NCBI GenBank assembly: GCA_017471445.1
Contig: JAFUTJ010000008.1
Location: forward strand, 1 to 46,381
Length of the DNA stretch: 46,381 bases
Source: Alphaproteobacteria bacterium
GTDB taxonomy: Bacteria; Pseudomonadota; Alphaproteobacteria; Rs-D84
Reading direction: 5' to 3'
Below the pieces are notes generated by a model, which worked only from the letters and a program-made list of their open reading frames with translations, was not told the DNA's origin and did no database searches. This document shows positions 29,325 to 39,789 of this stretch, piece after piece. Position numbers and translations under genes: made by a program. How positions within the stretch are numbered: the stretch's first letter is position 1; each line of letters begins with the position of its first letter.

Positions 29325-30382
29325 AGGTTCAACCCAAATACACGCGCTAAATCATTCCACATCGTCAATACGAACAATGCACCAATTAAAATCCAACCGC
29401 ATAAAATTGCAATTTCCATGCCACGCCCACCCAGTTTACGACGCGTGACCCCTTCTATTATCAAAATCAATAAATAACCGCCATCCAACACCGGCAACGG
29501 CAACAAATTTATTACACCCAAATTTACCGACAATAACGCGATTATTGATATCAACGCAAAGAACCCGGCCGCCATTGCCTGGCCCGATACCTGGGCAATG
29601 GTAATGAACGACCCCAATTGCTTAGACGACCGTTCGCCGGTCACAATCTGCTTTAACACAATTAATAAAGTCTTTGATTGATGGTATGTTTCGCGCGCAC
29701 CGGAATATATGGCGCCAAAGAACCCTTTCTTGCGAAATTCGGTTTTGCTGCCGTCGGCAACCAATCCCCAACGTTCTGCGGGCGACAATTTCACCTGGAC
29801 CAATTTTTCACCACGCAAAATCAAAACGTGTGCGTCACGATGTGCGGCCAATTCCTTGGCCAATACCAATTCGCCCCAATTTGTAATTTTTTCATTATCA
29901 ATTCGCAAAATTGTATCACCCGGTTTTACACCTGCATTAAAAGCAACCGATTCTTGAATAACCTGGGCCACAACCGGTAATTGAACATTACGTGGTTTGA
30001 ACATAAACAATGCAGAATAAATTCCCCACGCCAACATGAAATTCATAAATACACCGGCGGCAATAATAATAAATTGTTTCCATGCCGGCGCAGATAAATA
30101 ATGCCCAACCTGCTTTGCGCGTGGCAACGCAACATATTTTGCACGATTAAACATATCTTCTTGGCCATAAATAGACACATACCCCCCCAGTGGTAGGCAT
30201 GCAATTTGCCATGTTGTATTATGTCTGTCGTGCCATTTGAATAACGCGGGCCCAAAACCGATTGAAAACGTATCAACACGCACACCCGCCCAACGCGCCG
30301 CCAGAAAGTGCCCCAATTCGTGCACGAACACAACAATTCCCAAAACAATCAATAACGCAACAACAGTCAAAACAATATGCAT
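29321..30382 (-). CDS. rseP: Intramembrane metalloprotease RseP
   Basis: HELGH, FSIGFGP, PDZ region, NLLPLPVLDGG. Confidence 0.96.
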   Translation of the reverse strand: MHIVLTVVALLIVLGIVVFVHELGHFLAARWAGVRVDTFSIGFGPALFKWHDRHNTTWQIACLPLGGYVSIYGQEDMFNRAKYVALPRAKQVGHYLSAPAWKQFIIIAAGVFMNFMLAWGIYSALFMFKPRNVQLPVVAQVIQESVAFNAGVKPGDTILRIDNEKITNWGELVLAKELAAHRDAHVLILRGEKLVQVKLSPAERWGLVADGSKTEFRKKGFFGAIYSGARETYHQSKTLLIVLKQIVTGERSSKQLGSFITIAQVSGQAMAAGFFALISIIALLSVNLGVINLLPLPVLDGGYLLILIIEGVTRRKLGGRGMEIAILCGWILIGALFVLTMWNDLARVFGLNL

Positions 30383-30404
30383 GTTAATAATCCCCCTGTG
30401 ACAA

Positions 30405-31055
30405 TCACAACATTATCATCCAAACAATCGGCAAAACATAAATCCACCCGTCAAACCGGTCCAGCAACCCACCATGCCCTGGCAACACGTTACTGAAATC
30501 TTTAATTCCCAACCGGCGTTTAAGCCAACTGGCGGTCAAGTCACCATATTGTGACAGTAAAGATATACTAATACCAATCCACATTAACTGCGGCATGAAC
30601 GTGCCTGTACCGATAAAGCCGTACATTATTGCCGCAACAGTTCCACATATAATACCGGCGATTTGTCCGGCCCATGTTTTACCCGCCGACAGACGTTCCC
30701 ACATCTTGTCACCACCCATTGCACGTCCAACAATCCACGCGCCAACATCGGCCGCACATATTACCAAGAACAACAGAAAAACAATCCACGGGCGCGTACC
30801 AACAAAATAAATCGCACACAGCATCATTGCTAGATAGACCAGCGCAACCCCACACATAACGGCATTACCCGTTTTTTGCATTGCGTCGCCACGCGTCGCA
30901 CGAATACACGACACCATTTCAACAATCATACCAAAAGATATCGCAACACCGACCCAGCGCACTGCGTGAATACCGCGCATTTCTAGCATTGCGACAATAC
31001 CAGCCACCATCAGCATTACAATTCCAACAATTATACGCTTTAATGTATTTGACAT
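30405..31055 (-). CDS. cdsA: Phosphatidate cytidylyltransferase
   Basis: KTWAG, GDLTASWLKRRLGIKD, PGHGGLLDRFD. Confidence 0.95.
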   Translation of the reverse strand: MSNTLKRIIVGIVMLMVAGIVAMLEMRGIHAVRWVGVAISFGMIVEMVSCIRATRGDAMQKTGNAVMCGVALVYLAMMLCAIYFVGTRPWIVFLLFLVICAADVGAWIVGRAMGGDKMWERLSAGKTWAGQIAGIICGTVAAIMYGFIGTGTFMPQLMWIGISISLLSQYGDLTASWLKRRLGIKDFSNVLPGHGGLLDRFDGWIYVLPIVWMIML

Positions 31056-31067
31056 AACTATAACCCC

Positions 31068-31820
31068 CTATTTCTTGCGCCCGGAATAGTTCACCTTTTT
31101 TCCGCCACCGAATCGCCGATTACGATGCGCATATTCATCCAACGTCATTTGCCATAATTTTTCACTGCGAATCAAATCAGGCCAATGCTGGGGTATAAAT
31201 AATAATTCTGCATACGCCAATTTCCACAACAAGAAATTAGAAATGCGAAATTCATTACTGGTGCGAACCATTAAATCAATTGGCAATAAATCGCCGGTAT
31301 CCAAGAACGTCTCAAACGTTTCACGTGTAACAGGTGCCCCTGCCGCAATTGCTGCATTGGTTGCCGCGACAATTTCATCTTGGCCACCGTAATTCAGTGC
31401 AAAAACCACTGTACCACCGGTATTTTCTGCGGACATAGATTCCAATTCATCACACAATTTGGCCAATTTTTTGGGCAACCGTTCACGCGACCCGATAACA
31501 CGATAACGCAAATTTTTTTCCAGTGCATGTTTCATATTCTTTTCCAATTCCGTACAGAACAGATTCATCAGAAAATCAACCTCTTCCTGGGAACGATTCC
31601 AATTTTCCGTTGAAAACAAGAAAAACGTTATCGTACTGATTCCGCGGGCGATATACCAATCAACCATATTCTCAAAATTAGAAATACCTGCTTGGTGCCC
31701 GGCCAACGGCGGCAATCCGCGCATTTCGGCCCACCGACGGTTACCATCACAAATAAACGCAATATGTTCAGGCCGCTTGGCCGGTATGTTGACTGTTTTT
31801 TTCTTGAATATGTTAAACAT
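31068..31820 (-). CDS. uppS: Undecaprenyl diphosphate synthase
   Basis: HIAFICDGNRRWA, FSTENWNR, RTSNEFRISNFLLW. Confidence 0.96.
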   Translation of the reverse strand: MFNIFKKKTVNIPAKRPEHIAFICDGNRRWAEMRGLPPLAGHQAGISNFENMVDWYIARGISTITFFLFSTENWNRSQEEVDFLMNLFCTELEKNMKHALEKNLRYRVIGSRERLPKKLAKLCDELESMSAENTGGTVVFALNYGGQDEIVAATNAAIAAGAPVTRETFETFLDTGDLLPIDLMVRTSNEFRISNFLLWKLAYAELLFIPQHWPDLIRSEKLWQMTLDEYAHRNRRFGGGKKVNYSGRKK

Positions 31821-31842
31821 GTTTTCTCTTTTTCTTGTGTGA

Positions 31843-32403
31843 TTATATTGACATTATATCGGTTTCTTTCTGTTTGGCCAATGCATCCACCGCCACAGCC
31901 TGTGAATCAAATACGCGCTGAATATCATCTTCGTATTTACGCTGTTCGTCTTCGGAAATTTCTTTATCGGCGACGGCACGTTTTATCTTGCCCATAACAT
32001 CTTGGCGAATATTACGCATAGAAATCTTGGCTTCTTCTGCATATTTTCCGGCAACCTTGGTCAATTCTTTGCGCCGTTCTTCGGTCAGTGGCGGCATATT
32101 CAGTCGAATTACCCCACCCGCCGTCATCGGGTTTAATCCCAATCCACTGTCGCGAATGGCTTTTTCCACCGCTGGGGCATTTGTAATGTCCCACACCGTT
32201 ACTGTCAACGTCTGATTATCCGGCGTTGCAACGGTTGCGACCTGGTTAATCGGCATTTCTGCACCGTAAACCGGCACACGAATACCATCCAACAAATGAA
32301 CAGACGCACGCCCCGTACGCAAACCTGCATATTCGTTTTTCAGAACTTCTATGGTTTGTGCGGTTTTCTGTTCGGTTTCCGCCTTGATTGCTTGATAATC
32401 CAT
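31843..32403 (-). CDS. frr: Ribosome recycling factor
   Basis: LRTGRAS, PPLTEERRKEL; AAAAGGAG RBS. Confidence 0.97.
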   Translation of the reverse strand: MDYQAIKAETEQKTAQTIEVLKNEYAGLRTGRASVHLLDGIRVPVYGAEMPINQVATVATPDNQTLTVTVWDITNAPAVEKAIRDSGLGLNPMTAGGVIRLNMPPLTEERRKELTKVAGKYAEEAKISMRNIRQDVMGKIKRAVADKEISEDEQRKYEDDIQRVFDSQAVAVDALAKQKETDIMSI

Positions 32404-32535
32404 GATATATATCTCCTTTTGCAAGAAAGCGTAGCAAATCCGCACAACATTTGGCAAGCAATAAAAATATTGACAAATAAATATTTTTGTTTATATTACA
32501 ACTAAAATATTACAAGTTTATGGGAGATTTTATAG

Positions 32536-33282
32536 ATGTCAGACAAAGCAACTGTAAAAACGGCCGCGCGACGCATGGAAACCCAACGCCGTCGCGATGC
32601 CGAAACACCGTTATTTATACATCTGTGGAATGTATTATGCCGCAAATGTCGCAAAATATGGAATTGGGCACGTGGCGTTGATTGGGCGGGCATAATTAAC
32701 ATCGTCCTGTTAATTGCAATCATCACGATATTCACATACCTGTTGTTAGATATCATTCACACGCACCGATTGTCAAAAAGTGTAACCGTGAACAATGTTC
32801 CAGTTGTCGCCGCACCTGGCCAGGTAAAAAAAACTGTACACGTCAATAAACACGTACGCGCCACGGCAACACCTGCGCCAATTACACGCGAAACAATATT
32901 ACCCATACGCCGTGACAAGAAAACCAAACGGTACGTGCAACGCCCAATAAACGTTGCCAAATGCACACACTGCAGTGTTTCAGATTCACAAATCGCGGCC
33001 CAGAAACAAAAAATGTACGGCGATATTGTTGTTGATAATTCATGCACCGGTAAAATGGTTCGCGATGGCACCGCGATTCATGGCAACCTGTATTTACAGG
33101 GAATGCGCAAATATACATTGCCATGCAACATACACATTGACGGCAACTTGTTCCTGCGCGATGTTCATTTATTACAGTTTTGTGGCGATTTTGTTATCAC
33201 AGGCAACATTTACGTTGGACCACGTTCATCGTTCGGTCCGATTCCGACAACGGCAACGCTGGGCGGTCAAATAATATTATAA
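32536..33282 (+). CDS. Membrane-anchored hypothetical protein with C-terminal IxGNLxL repeats
   Basis: GGGAG RBS, one TM, IHGNLYL/IDGNLFL/ITGNIYV repeats. Confidence 0.7.
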   Translation: MSDKATVKTAARRMETQRRRDAETPLFIHLWNVLCRKCRKIWNWARGVDWAGIINIVLLIAIITIFTYLLLDIIHTHRLSKSVTVNNVPVVAAPGQVKKTVHVNKHVRATATPAPITRETILPIRRDKKTKRYVQRPINVAKCTHCSVSDSQIAAQKQKMYGDIVVDNSCTGKMVRDGTAIHGNLYLQGMRKYTLPCNIHIDGNLFLRDVHLLQFCGDFVITGNIYVGPRSSFGPIPTTATLGGQIIL

Positions 33283-33430
33283 AATACGCGCGACAAATGT
33301 CGCGCGTTTGTGTCATAATGCCCCCACTATTTTTATTACGTTTGTTGATAACCACAGATAACACATTTTTGTGTTTTTTATCATGAACAAATGTGATATA
33401 ATTTATTCTGTACAACAAAAGGAATAAAAA

Positions 33431-33646
33431 ATGGATGGAATAAAAAAACTGTTGTCAACATTAATGTCTAATCTGGGGATTACAATTGTACTGCTGATTG
33501 CGATTGTACTGTTTGTAACATTCTCGAACGGATTATTGCCGGGTATTATTGCGGCATTGTCTGCATTGGTGGCGTATACATGCTGTGAAATGCTGTACAA
33601 AGAATTTCGCAAACCGACTGAAAAGCCACGCGGGAAACGCAAATAA
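33431..33646 (+). CDS. Small two-TM membrane protein
   Basis: AAAAGGA RBS, 71 aa, basic C-tail. Confidence 0.75.
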   Translation: MDGIKKLLSTLMSNLGITIVLLIAIVLFVTFSNGLLPGIIAALSALVAYTCCEMLYKEFRKPTEKPRGKRK

Positions 33647-33661
33647 AAAAAAAAAAAAAAA

Positions 33662-33689
33662 CGAACGCCCAATTGGGCGTTTATTTTTA
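33662..33689. terminator. Terminator between convergent genes, preceded by A17 run
   Basis: AACGCCCAATTGGGCGTT palindrome. Confidence 0.65.
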
Positions 33690-33718
33690 TTCACCATTCC
33701 CCAAAAAGAATGATTTTA

Positions 33719-35797
33719 TTATGCCATTGTACCGACAGACATAGTAATACGGCGAATGCCACTGCTGATTGATTTTTCTTTGTTTATGTGTGCACGAATT
33801 ATTTCGCCGGTGTGATACACGTGCGTTCCACCACATAATTCGCACGAAACGTCGCCTGCGGTAATTACCCGCACCGTATCGCCATATTTTTCACCAAACA
33901 ACGCCATTGCGCCGCGCGATTTTGCCGCGTCAATTGGCATTTCTTCGTGCGAAACCGGCATATCGGCATTAATCCATTCATTTACCAGGTTTTCAACCGC
34001 CGTCTTTTCATCCGCGGTCATGGCACGCCCAAACGAAAAGTCAAACCGAACCGAATCTGGCGATACCTTGGACCCACGTTGTTCGACATCTGGACCCAAA
34101 ACACGTCGCAACGCCGCCTGCAACAGGTGTGTTGCCGTATGGGCACGCGTTATCTGGGTACGCATTGCCGCGTTTACAATCGGTGTAACGGTATCACCAA
34201 CCGATAATTTCTGGGTTAAAACGCCACGATGTACAACAACATTACCTGCGCGCGACGTGTCGGTTACAGACATTATCGACACACCATCACGATACAATTC
34301 GCCATTATCGCCAACCTGGCCACCCTGGGTGCCATAGAATGGTGTTTTGTCCATTGCAATTTCCACCATATCGCCCGATTCGGCCACATTTACAAATTCA
34401 CCGTCGCGTAAAATCGCCAACACCGTTGCCGACATATTATCACACGGCGCGTATTTTGCCGCATCATCGGTTGCCGGTAATTCACCACGCGATTCCCATA
34501 ATGTTTTGGTTCCACGCGTATCGGCACGCGAACGTTCACGTTGTGTTGCCATTGCGGCATTAAATCCATCAACATCAACCGTCATACCATATTCACGCAG
34601 AATCATTTGTGTTAAGTCCAACGGAAATCCATACGTATCATATAACTTGAACGCAACATCACCCGCCAACACACGTGAATTTCCGGCATTGTCACGATGT
34701 TCATCCAACATTTTCATTCCATTGCTTAACATATCTGCAAACGCATTTTCTTCATTCTGCAGAATTTCAACCACGCGCCCTTGTTCGCGCGCCAATTCTG
34801 GGTATGCCGCCCCCATTTCGGCAACCAACGCCGGGTACAGTTTCGACAGCAACGCCCCCCGTGCCCCCAGCATTTGCCCATGCCGCATTGCACGACGCAA
34901 TATACGACGAATCACATACCCGCGGTCGGTATTTGACGGAATAACACCATCGGCAATCGCAAACCCCACACTGCGCAGGTGGTCGGTTATAACCTTGAAC
35001 GATGAAATATTTTCCGCATTACGGTGCACCCCAACAACACTTTCGGTCGCATCCATTAAATGCTGAAACAGGTCGGTTTCATAATTATCGGTTTTGCCCT
35101 GCAATATCGCGGCCCAGCGTTCCAGGCCCGCCCCAGTATCCACGTTTTGCTTTGGTAATTTCGTTAAATTGCCATTTGCATCGCGGTCATATTGCATAAA
35201 CACATTATTCCATAATTCGACATATCGGCCGCCTTCGTCTGGTGCGCCGGGCAAACCACCCGGAATATCGGCCCCCATGTCATAGAATATTTCGGTATCC
35301 GGCCCACATGGCCCGGTATCACCCGCCGCCCACCAATTGTCATGGTCGCCCAGCCGTATCGCATCCAATCCCGCAACACGCCGCCATATTTCGGTTGATT
35401 CGTCATCGGTTTCATGTGTTGTAACAACAATCCGTTTTGGGTCAAAACCAATCACCCGGGTCAGCAATTCCCATGACATCGCAATTGATTCTTCCTTGAA
35501 ATAATCACCAAAGGACCAGTTCCCCAGCATCTCAAAAAAAGTATGATGGCGGCCGTCAAAGCCAACTTCGTCTAAATCATTATGCTTGCCCCCGGCACGA
35601 ATACATTTCTGAACATCGGCCACGCGCGGCGCGAATGCGGGTTCAAGGCCCTGTAAAATCCCCTTCCATGGAACCATGCCGGCAACCGTAAATAATAATG
35701 TCGGGTCATTCGGTATCAGCGATGCCGACGGCACAATCTTATGCCCATGCGATTGAAAATAGCCTAAGAACGCGTTACGTATTTCATCATATGTCAT
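33719..35797 (-). CDS. alaS: Alanine--tRNA ligase (692 aa, no C-Ala domain)
   Basis: DPTLLFT, RHHTFFEMLGNWSFGDYFK, DTGAGLER, HTATHLL, ELCGGTH. Confidence 0.96.
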   Translation of the reverse strand: MTYDEIRNAFLGYFQSHGHKIVPSASLIPNDPTLLFTVAGMVPWKGILQGLEPAFAPRVADVQKCIRAGGKHNDLDEVGFDGRHHTFFEMLGNWSFGDYFKEESIAMSWELLTRVIGFDPKRIVVTTHETDDESTEIWRRVAGLDAIRLGDHDNWWAAGDTGPCGPDTEIFYDMGADIPGGLPGAPDEGGRYVELWNNVFMQYDRDANGNLTKLPKQNVDTGAGLERWAAILQGKTDNYETDLFQHLMDATESVVGVHRNAENISSFKVITDHLRSVGFAIADGVIPSNTDRGYVIRRILRRAMRHGQMLGARGALLSKLYPALVAEMGAAYPELAREQGRVVEILQNEENAFADMLSNGMKMLDEHRDNAGNSRVLAGDVAFKLYDTYGFPLDLTQMILREYGMTVDVDGFNAAMATQRERSRADTRGTKTLWESRGELPATDDAAKYAPCDNMSATVLAILRDGEFVNVAESGDMVEIAMDKTPFYGTQGGQVGDNGELYRDGVSIMSVTDTSRAGNVVVHRGVLTQKLSVGDTVTPIVNAAMRTQITRAHTATHLLQAALRRVLGPDVEQRGSKVSPDSVRFDFSFGRAMTADEKTAVENLVNEWINADMPVSHEEMPIDAAKSRGAMALFGEKYGDTVRVITAGDVSCELCGGTHVYHTGEIIRAHINKEKSISSGIRRITMSVGTMA

Positions 35798-35908
35798 GAT
35801 AAATGTCCCCTTATGTCACAAAAAATAAAGTTCACGACAAATAATAAAAGCATTATTGTAAATTTTCAATCATATATTTGCATAAAATATGATATAATGG
35901 TTAATGTT

Positions 35909-36400
35909 ATGAAGCCGACAATGTTATTTGCAATTGTAATGTTAACCGCAATCGTAATGATTGCATCGTTTGGCTTGCAAATTGCACCAACCCCCCCGGT
36001 TCAGATTCCCGCCGACATGATGGGCAACGTTTTATTCGTATGTCCCGCGGCCAGTTCTGCATGGGATTCATTTGCAACCGCGGTACACCCGTTTACGCAT
36101 TACCTGACTATAATGTTTTTCTTTGCAACAATGATATTACTGTTCCATTGGGGGTGGGCATTGTATCAAAACCTGTTAAAGGACAAATTTGACCGTGGTT
36201 CGTTTACAAATTCGTGGAAGTTTACCAAGTTTTTATTCTGGGCGGCGGTGATTATAATTGTTGCGGTTTCAACACCCAATCATTTCCGGCGCGTCTATGT
36301 GGTTCAGCAAAATGGCGAAAAATACCCGGGCGAATATGTACTGTGCGAACGCGACACACCGGGCGCATTGGCGGTGCGCGCAAATGCGGTGCGCAAATAG
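35909..36400 (+). CDS. Hypothetical membrane protein
   Basis: N-terminal hydrophobic segment plus two TM helices; start approximate. Confidence 0.7.
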   Translation: MKPTMLFAIVMLTAIVMIASFGLQIAPTPPVQIPADMMGNVLFVCPAASSAWDSFATAVHPFTHYLTIMFFFATMILLFHWGWALYQNLLKDKFDRGSFTNSWKFTKFLFWAAVIIIVAVSTPNHFRRVYVVQQNGEKYPGEYVLCERDTPGALAVRANAVRK

Positions 36401-36439
36401 TATAAGTATGAATAAAAATACAGTATTGTAATTATACTC

Positions 36440-36468
36440 TTGACTTAAATGGCGGAATTCTCTACGAT
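36440..36468 (+). promoter_or_regulatory. sigma70-like promoter for hup
   Basis: TTGACT-17 bp-TACGAT. Confidence 0.6.
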
Positions 36469-36481
36469 TCGGACAAGCGGC

Positions 36482-36577
36482 ACGGGTAATACCCTTGGGA
36501 TGCGCCCGATTGACATGAATGTGAAATAAAAATTGGCGCAAAACCGGGGACAAATACATCCCAACGGTATTACCCGT
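36482..36577 (+). repeat. 21-bp inverted repeat (20/21) in the hup leader
   Basis: ACGGGTAATACCCTTGGGATG (36482-36502) vs CATCCCAACGGTATTACCCGT (36557-36577). Confidence 0.8.
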
Positions 36578-36625
36578 AAACAAAACCGCGATGTACCTTA
36601 AAAGTAACCATGAAAGGAGAAACAC

Positions 36626-36898
36626 ATGAACAAACAACAATTGATTGAAGCAATCGCAAACGAAGTTGATGTTACCAAGGCAACTGCTGGTGCGTGCTTG
36701 GATGCATTCATCAACACCGTAACAAAAGTTCTGAAAAAGAAAGGCGAAGTTCGCTTGGTTGGTTTCGGCACATTCACATCTGCAAAGCGCAAGGCAACAA
36801 CCGGCCGCAATCCGCAGACAGGTGCAGCAATTAAAATCCCTGCATCAACCCAGCCGAAATTCAAACCGGGCAAAGCATTGAAAGATGCATTGAACTAA
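36626..36898 (+). CDS. hup: DNA-binding protein HU
   Basis: MNKQQLIEAIA, LVGFGTF, GRNPQTG, PKFKPGKALKD. Confidence 0.97.
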   Translation: MNKQQLIEAIANEVDVTKATAGACLDAFINTVTKVLKKKGEVRLVGFGTFTSAKRKATTGRNPQTGAAIKIPASTQPKFKPGKALKDALN

Positions 36899-36907
36899 AC
36901 AAAAACA

Positions 36908-36970
36908 TAAAAACCGCCAATTGGCGGTTTTTATTTGTGCGCCGCAAATATTTTTGCGGCGCACATTTTT
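36908..36970. terminator. Two adjacent terminator hairpins between convergent genes
   Basis: AAAAACCGCCAATTGGCGGTTTTT and GTGCGCCGCAAA...TTTGCGGCGCAC. Confidence 0.7.
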
Positions 36971-36977
36971 TACACAA

Positions 36978-37196
36978 TTAAAATTCAATAACTTTATCAC
37001 GTGACGTATGGCCACGTATGATTTTTATCTGTCCCTTTGGCACATCAAAATATCGCGCCAGCATTTTTATCACCGCCGCATTTGCATCACCGTCCGTCGG
37101 GGCGGCATTTGTATACACGTGCACATTGCCAGATTCGTCTGCAATAATTTTCTGAACCCGTGCACGTGGTGTCACACGAACATTTATTCGTTGCAT
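36978..37196 (-). CDS. DUF167 / YggU family protein
   Basis: VRVTPRAR, APTDGDANAAVIKMLA, GHTSRDK. Confidence 0.9.
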   Translation of the reverse strand: MQRINVRVTPRARVQKIIADESGNVHVYTNAAPTDGDANAAVIKMLARYFDVPKGQIKIIRGHTSRDKVIEF

Positions 37197-37567
37197 ATGC
37201 ATTGCACCATTTTTTCTAATATTGGCCGTTTTTCGCCCGCAATTAGATGCAGATGGAAATGAAACACCGACTGGCGAAACATTGGCGCGTTTGTTCCGGC
37301 ATTTGCCATTATATTAAAGTTTTCACAAACGCCTATTTTATCGGCGGTTTTAACAAAGCATTCCCAAAACGCCGATTGTTCATCGGCCGACGCATTACGC
37401 GCAAAATCCAACACGTTTTCATACGCCCCCTTGGGTATAATTAAAACATGATTTTCGCACATTGGTTCCACGTCATAGAACGACATGGCATGTTCATTTT
37501 CATAAACTTTATTTGTTGAAATTTCACCGCGGATAATTTTTGCAAAAACGTTATTTTTATCGTACAT
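37184..37567 (-). CDS. HIT family nucleotide-binding protein
   Basis: NVFAKIIRGEI, HVLIIPK, QSVFHFHLH. Confidence 0.93.
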   Translation of the reverse strand: MYDKNNVFAKIIRGEISTNKVYENEHAMSFYDVEPMCENHVLIIPKGAYENVLDFARNASADEQSAFWECFVKTADKIGVCENFNIMANAGTNAPMFRQSVFHFHLHLIAGEKRPILEKMVQCICNE

Positions 37568-37627
37568 ATTGTCCCCTTTCATTTATACCGAATATCAGCC
37601 TAGTACACGCGATTTACAAAATCAAGC

Positions 37628-37656
37628 CTTGAAATAATAAAACGGCGCACTATATT
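37628..37656 (+). promoter_or_regulatory. Promoter for groESL resembling alphaproteobacterial RpoH-type
   Basis: CTTGAA-16 bp-CTATAT; no CIRCE seen. Confidence 0.45.
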
Positions 37657-37702
37657 AATTGCACGATATGAACATTACTAAAAAAATTAAAGGAGATTTT
37701 TT

Positions 37703-37987
37703 ATGTTCAAGCCACTGCACAATTATGTATTGTTGGAAAGAATTGAAGAAGAAAACAAAACCACCGGTGGAATTATTATACCGGACACCGCACGTGAAAA
37801 ACCATCACGTGGGCGCGTAATTGCCGTTGGCGATGGCGAATTTATGAATGGCGCACGTGTACCGTTATCTGTTGCCGCGGGTGATACGGTTTTATTTGCG
37901 AAATGGGCCGCGTCGGCAAATGAAGTAAAACTGGACGGGCATGATTATGTTTTAATCAAAGAATCTGATATTTTGGGAATTTTATAA
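37703..37987 (+). CDS. groES: Co-chaperonin GroES
   Basis: FKPLH, TTGGIIIPDTAREKP, IKESDILG. Confidence 0.97.
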   Translation: MFKPLHNYVLLERIEEENKTTGGIIIPDTAREKPSRGRVIAVGDGEFMNGARVPLSVAAGDTVLFAKWAASANEVKLDGHDYVLIKESDILGIL

Positions 37988-38003
37988 TTAAAAGGGAAAG
38001 ATT

Positions 38004-39623
38004 ATGGCAAAAGATATTGTTTTTGATACAGAAAAAATGGCGGCAGGTGTTGATAAACTGGCCGACGCGGTAAAAATTACTATGGGTCCAAAGGGGCGCA
38101 CGGTTGTAATTGAAAAATCGTATGGCGCACCAACCGCAACCAAGGACGGCGTTACCGTTGCCAAGGCCGTATCATTAAAGGACCCGGCGGAAAACATTGG
38201 TGCCCGCATGGTGCAAGAGGTTGCCAAGAAAGCCGGCGATGATGCCGGTGACGGCACAACAACCGCAACCGTATTGGCACAAAAAATCATCCGCGAAGGT
38301 CGACGCGTTATCGCCGCCGGTATGAACCCAATGGATGTAAAGCGCGGAATTGACATGGCGGTTGCGGCGGTGGTTAACGATATTGAATCGCATGCACGCC
38401 CGGTCAAAGACAGTTCTGAAATCGCCCAGGTTGCGACAATTTCTGCAAATTCGGATTCTGATATCGGTCAAAAGATTGCCGATGCAATGGAACGCGTCGG
38501 CAAAGAAGGTGTTATCACTGTTGAAGAAGCCAAAGGCCTGGACACAGAAATCGATGTCGTTGAAGGGATGCAATTTGACCAAGGGTTTATGTCACCGTAC
38601 TTTGTCACCAACAGTGAAAAAATGTTGGCCGAAATGGAAAACGCCCAGGTTTTGATTTCTGAAAAGAAAATTACGGGATTACAGGCATTATTACCTATTC
38701 TGGAACCGATTGCACAATCGGGTCGGCCATTGTTGATTATTGCCGAAGATGTCGAATCCGAAGCACTGGCGACACTGGTACTGAACCGGCTGCGCGGTGG
38801 GTTAAAAGTCTGTGCGGTCAAGGCCCCCGGATTCGGCGATCGCCGCAAAGAAATGTTAAAAGACATTGCCATTTTAACCGGTGGCACGGTTGTTTCCGAT
38901 GATATGGGCATGACGTTTGAGAATATAACACCGGCGGTATTGGGGTCGGCCAAGAAAGTAGTGGTCAGCAAGGACAACACACTGTTGGCACATGGTGGCG
39001 GCGACAAGAATGCCATTGCGGCGCGCGCCGACGAAATTCGCGTTGGTATCGCAAACACCACCAGTGATTATGATCGCGAAAAATTAACCGAACGTCTGGC
39101 CAAACTGGTGGGTGGTGTCGCAGTGATTAAGGTTGGCGGCATGACCGAAGTAGAGGTTAAAGAAAAGAAAGACCGTGTTGATGACGCATTGGCCGCAACA
39201 CGCGCCGCGGTTGCCGACGGCATTGTCGCAGGTGGCGGTATCGCACTGGTACGGGCGACACATGCACTGGAAAAATTACATGGCGCAAACACCGACCAAG
39301 ATGTTGGCATTGATATTGTTCGCCGCGCAATTGTTGCACCATGCGCACAAATCGCCGCAAACGCCGGTGTGTCGGGCGAAATTGTTGTTGGTAAAATCAT
39401 GGAAAATGCCGATTATAACTTTGGCTATGACGCACAAACTGGCGAATATACGGATATGATGGCGGCGGGCATTATTGACCCGGCCAAGGTTGTAAAAACC
39501 GCCATTATGGCGGCGGCCAGCACGGCGGGCGTAATGTTAACCACCGGTGCGGTTATGACCGAAATCCCCGAAGAAAAGCCATCGGCCCCTGCAATGGGCG
39601 GCGGCATGCCGGGCATGATGTAA
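38004..39623 (+). CDS. groEL: Chaperonin GroEL
   Basis: [28 protein letters not shown] tail. Confidence 0.98.
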   Translation: MAKDIVFDTEKMAAGVDKLADAVKITMGPKGRTVVIEKSYGAPTATKDGVTVAKAVSLKDPAENIGARMVQEVAKKAGDDAGDGTTTATVLAQKIIREGRRVIAAGMNPMDVKRGIDMAVAAVVNDIESHARPVKDSSEIAQVATISANSDSDIGQKIADAMERVGKEGVITVEEAKGLDTEIDVVEGMQFDQGFMSPYFVTNSEKMLAEMENAQVLISEKKITGLQALLPILEPIAQSGRPLLIIAEDVESEALATLVLNRLRGGLKVCAVKAPGFGDRRKEMLKDIAILTGGTVVSDDMGMTFENITPAVLGSAKKVVVSKDNTLLAHGGGDKNAIAARADEIRVGIANTTSDYDREKLTERLAKLVGGVAVIKVGGMTEVEVKEKKDRVDDALAATRAAVADGIVAGGGIALVRATHALEKLHGANTDQDVGIDIVRRAIVAPCAQIAANAGVSGEIVVGKIMENADYNFGYDAQTGEYTDMMAAGIIDPAKVVKTAIMAAASTAGVMLTTGAVMTEIPEEKPSAPAMGGGMPGMM

Positions 39624-39650
39624 AAAAATGCGGCCCCGCCGCATTTTTTG
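39622..39650 (+). terminator. groEL terminator
   Basis: AAAAAATGCGGC-CCC-GCCGCATTTTTT. Confidence 0.75.
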
Positions 39651-39688
39651 ATTTCGGATTTATGATTTGTAAAATTATATACGGACAG

Positions 39689-39716
39689 CGTCATACCGCC
39701 GAAGGGCGGTATCCAG
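39689..39716 (+). repeat. REP/RPE-like palindromic unit inside heptamer-flanked intergenic segment
   Basis: CGTCATACCGCCGAAGGGCGGTATCCAG resembles the GTCATTCCCGCGAAAGCGGGAATCCA REP type. Confidence 0.45.
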
Positions 39717-39789
39717 TTCGCGCAGCAAATCGCCGGGCGGTAACAAAAGACAGTGGCATAAAAGCCCCTGACGTGCACGAAATCCAAAA

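Noticed and set aside
33645-33661. A17 homopolymer as a phase-variable tract
   Set aside because: Lies at and after a stop codon beside a terminator between convergent genes; likely the U-tract for alaS or a length artefact.
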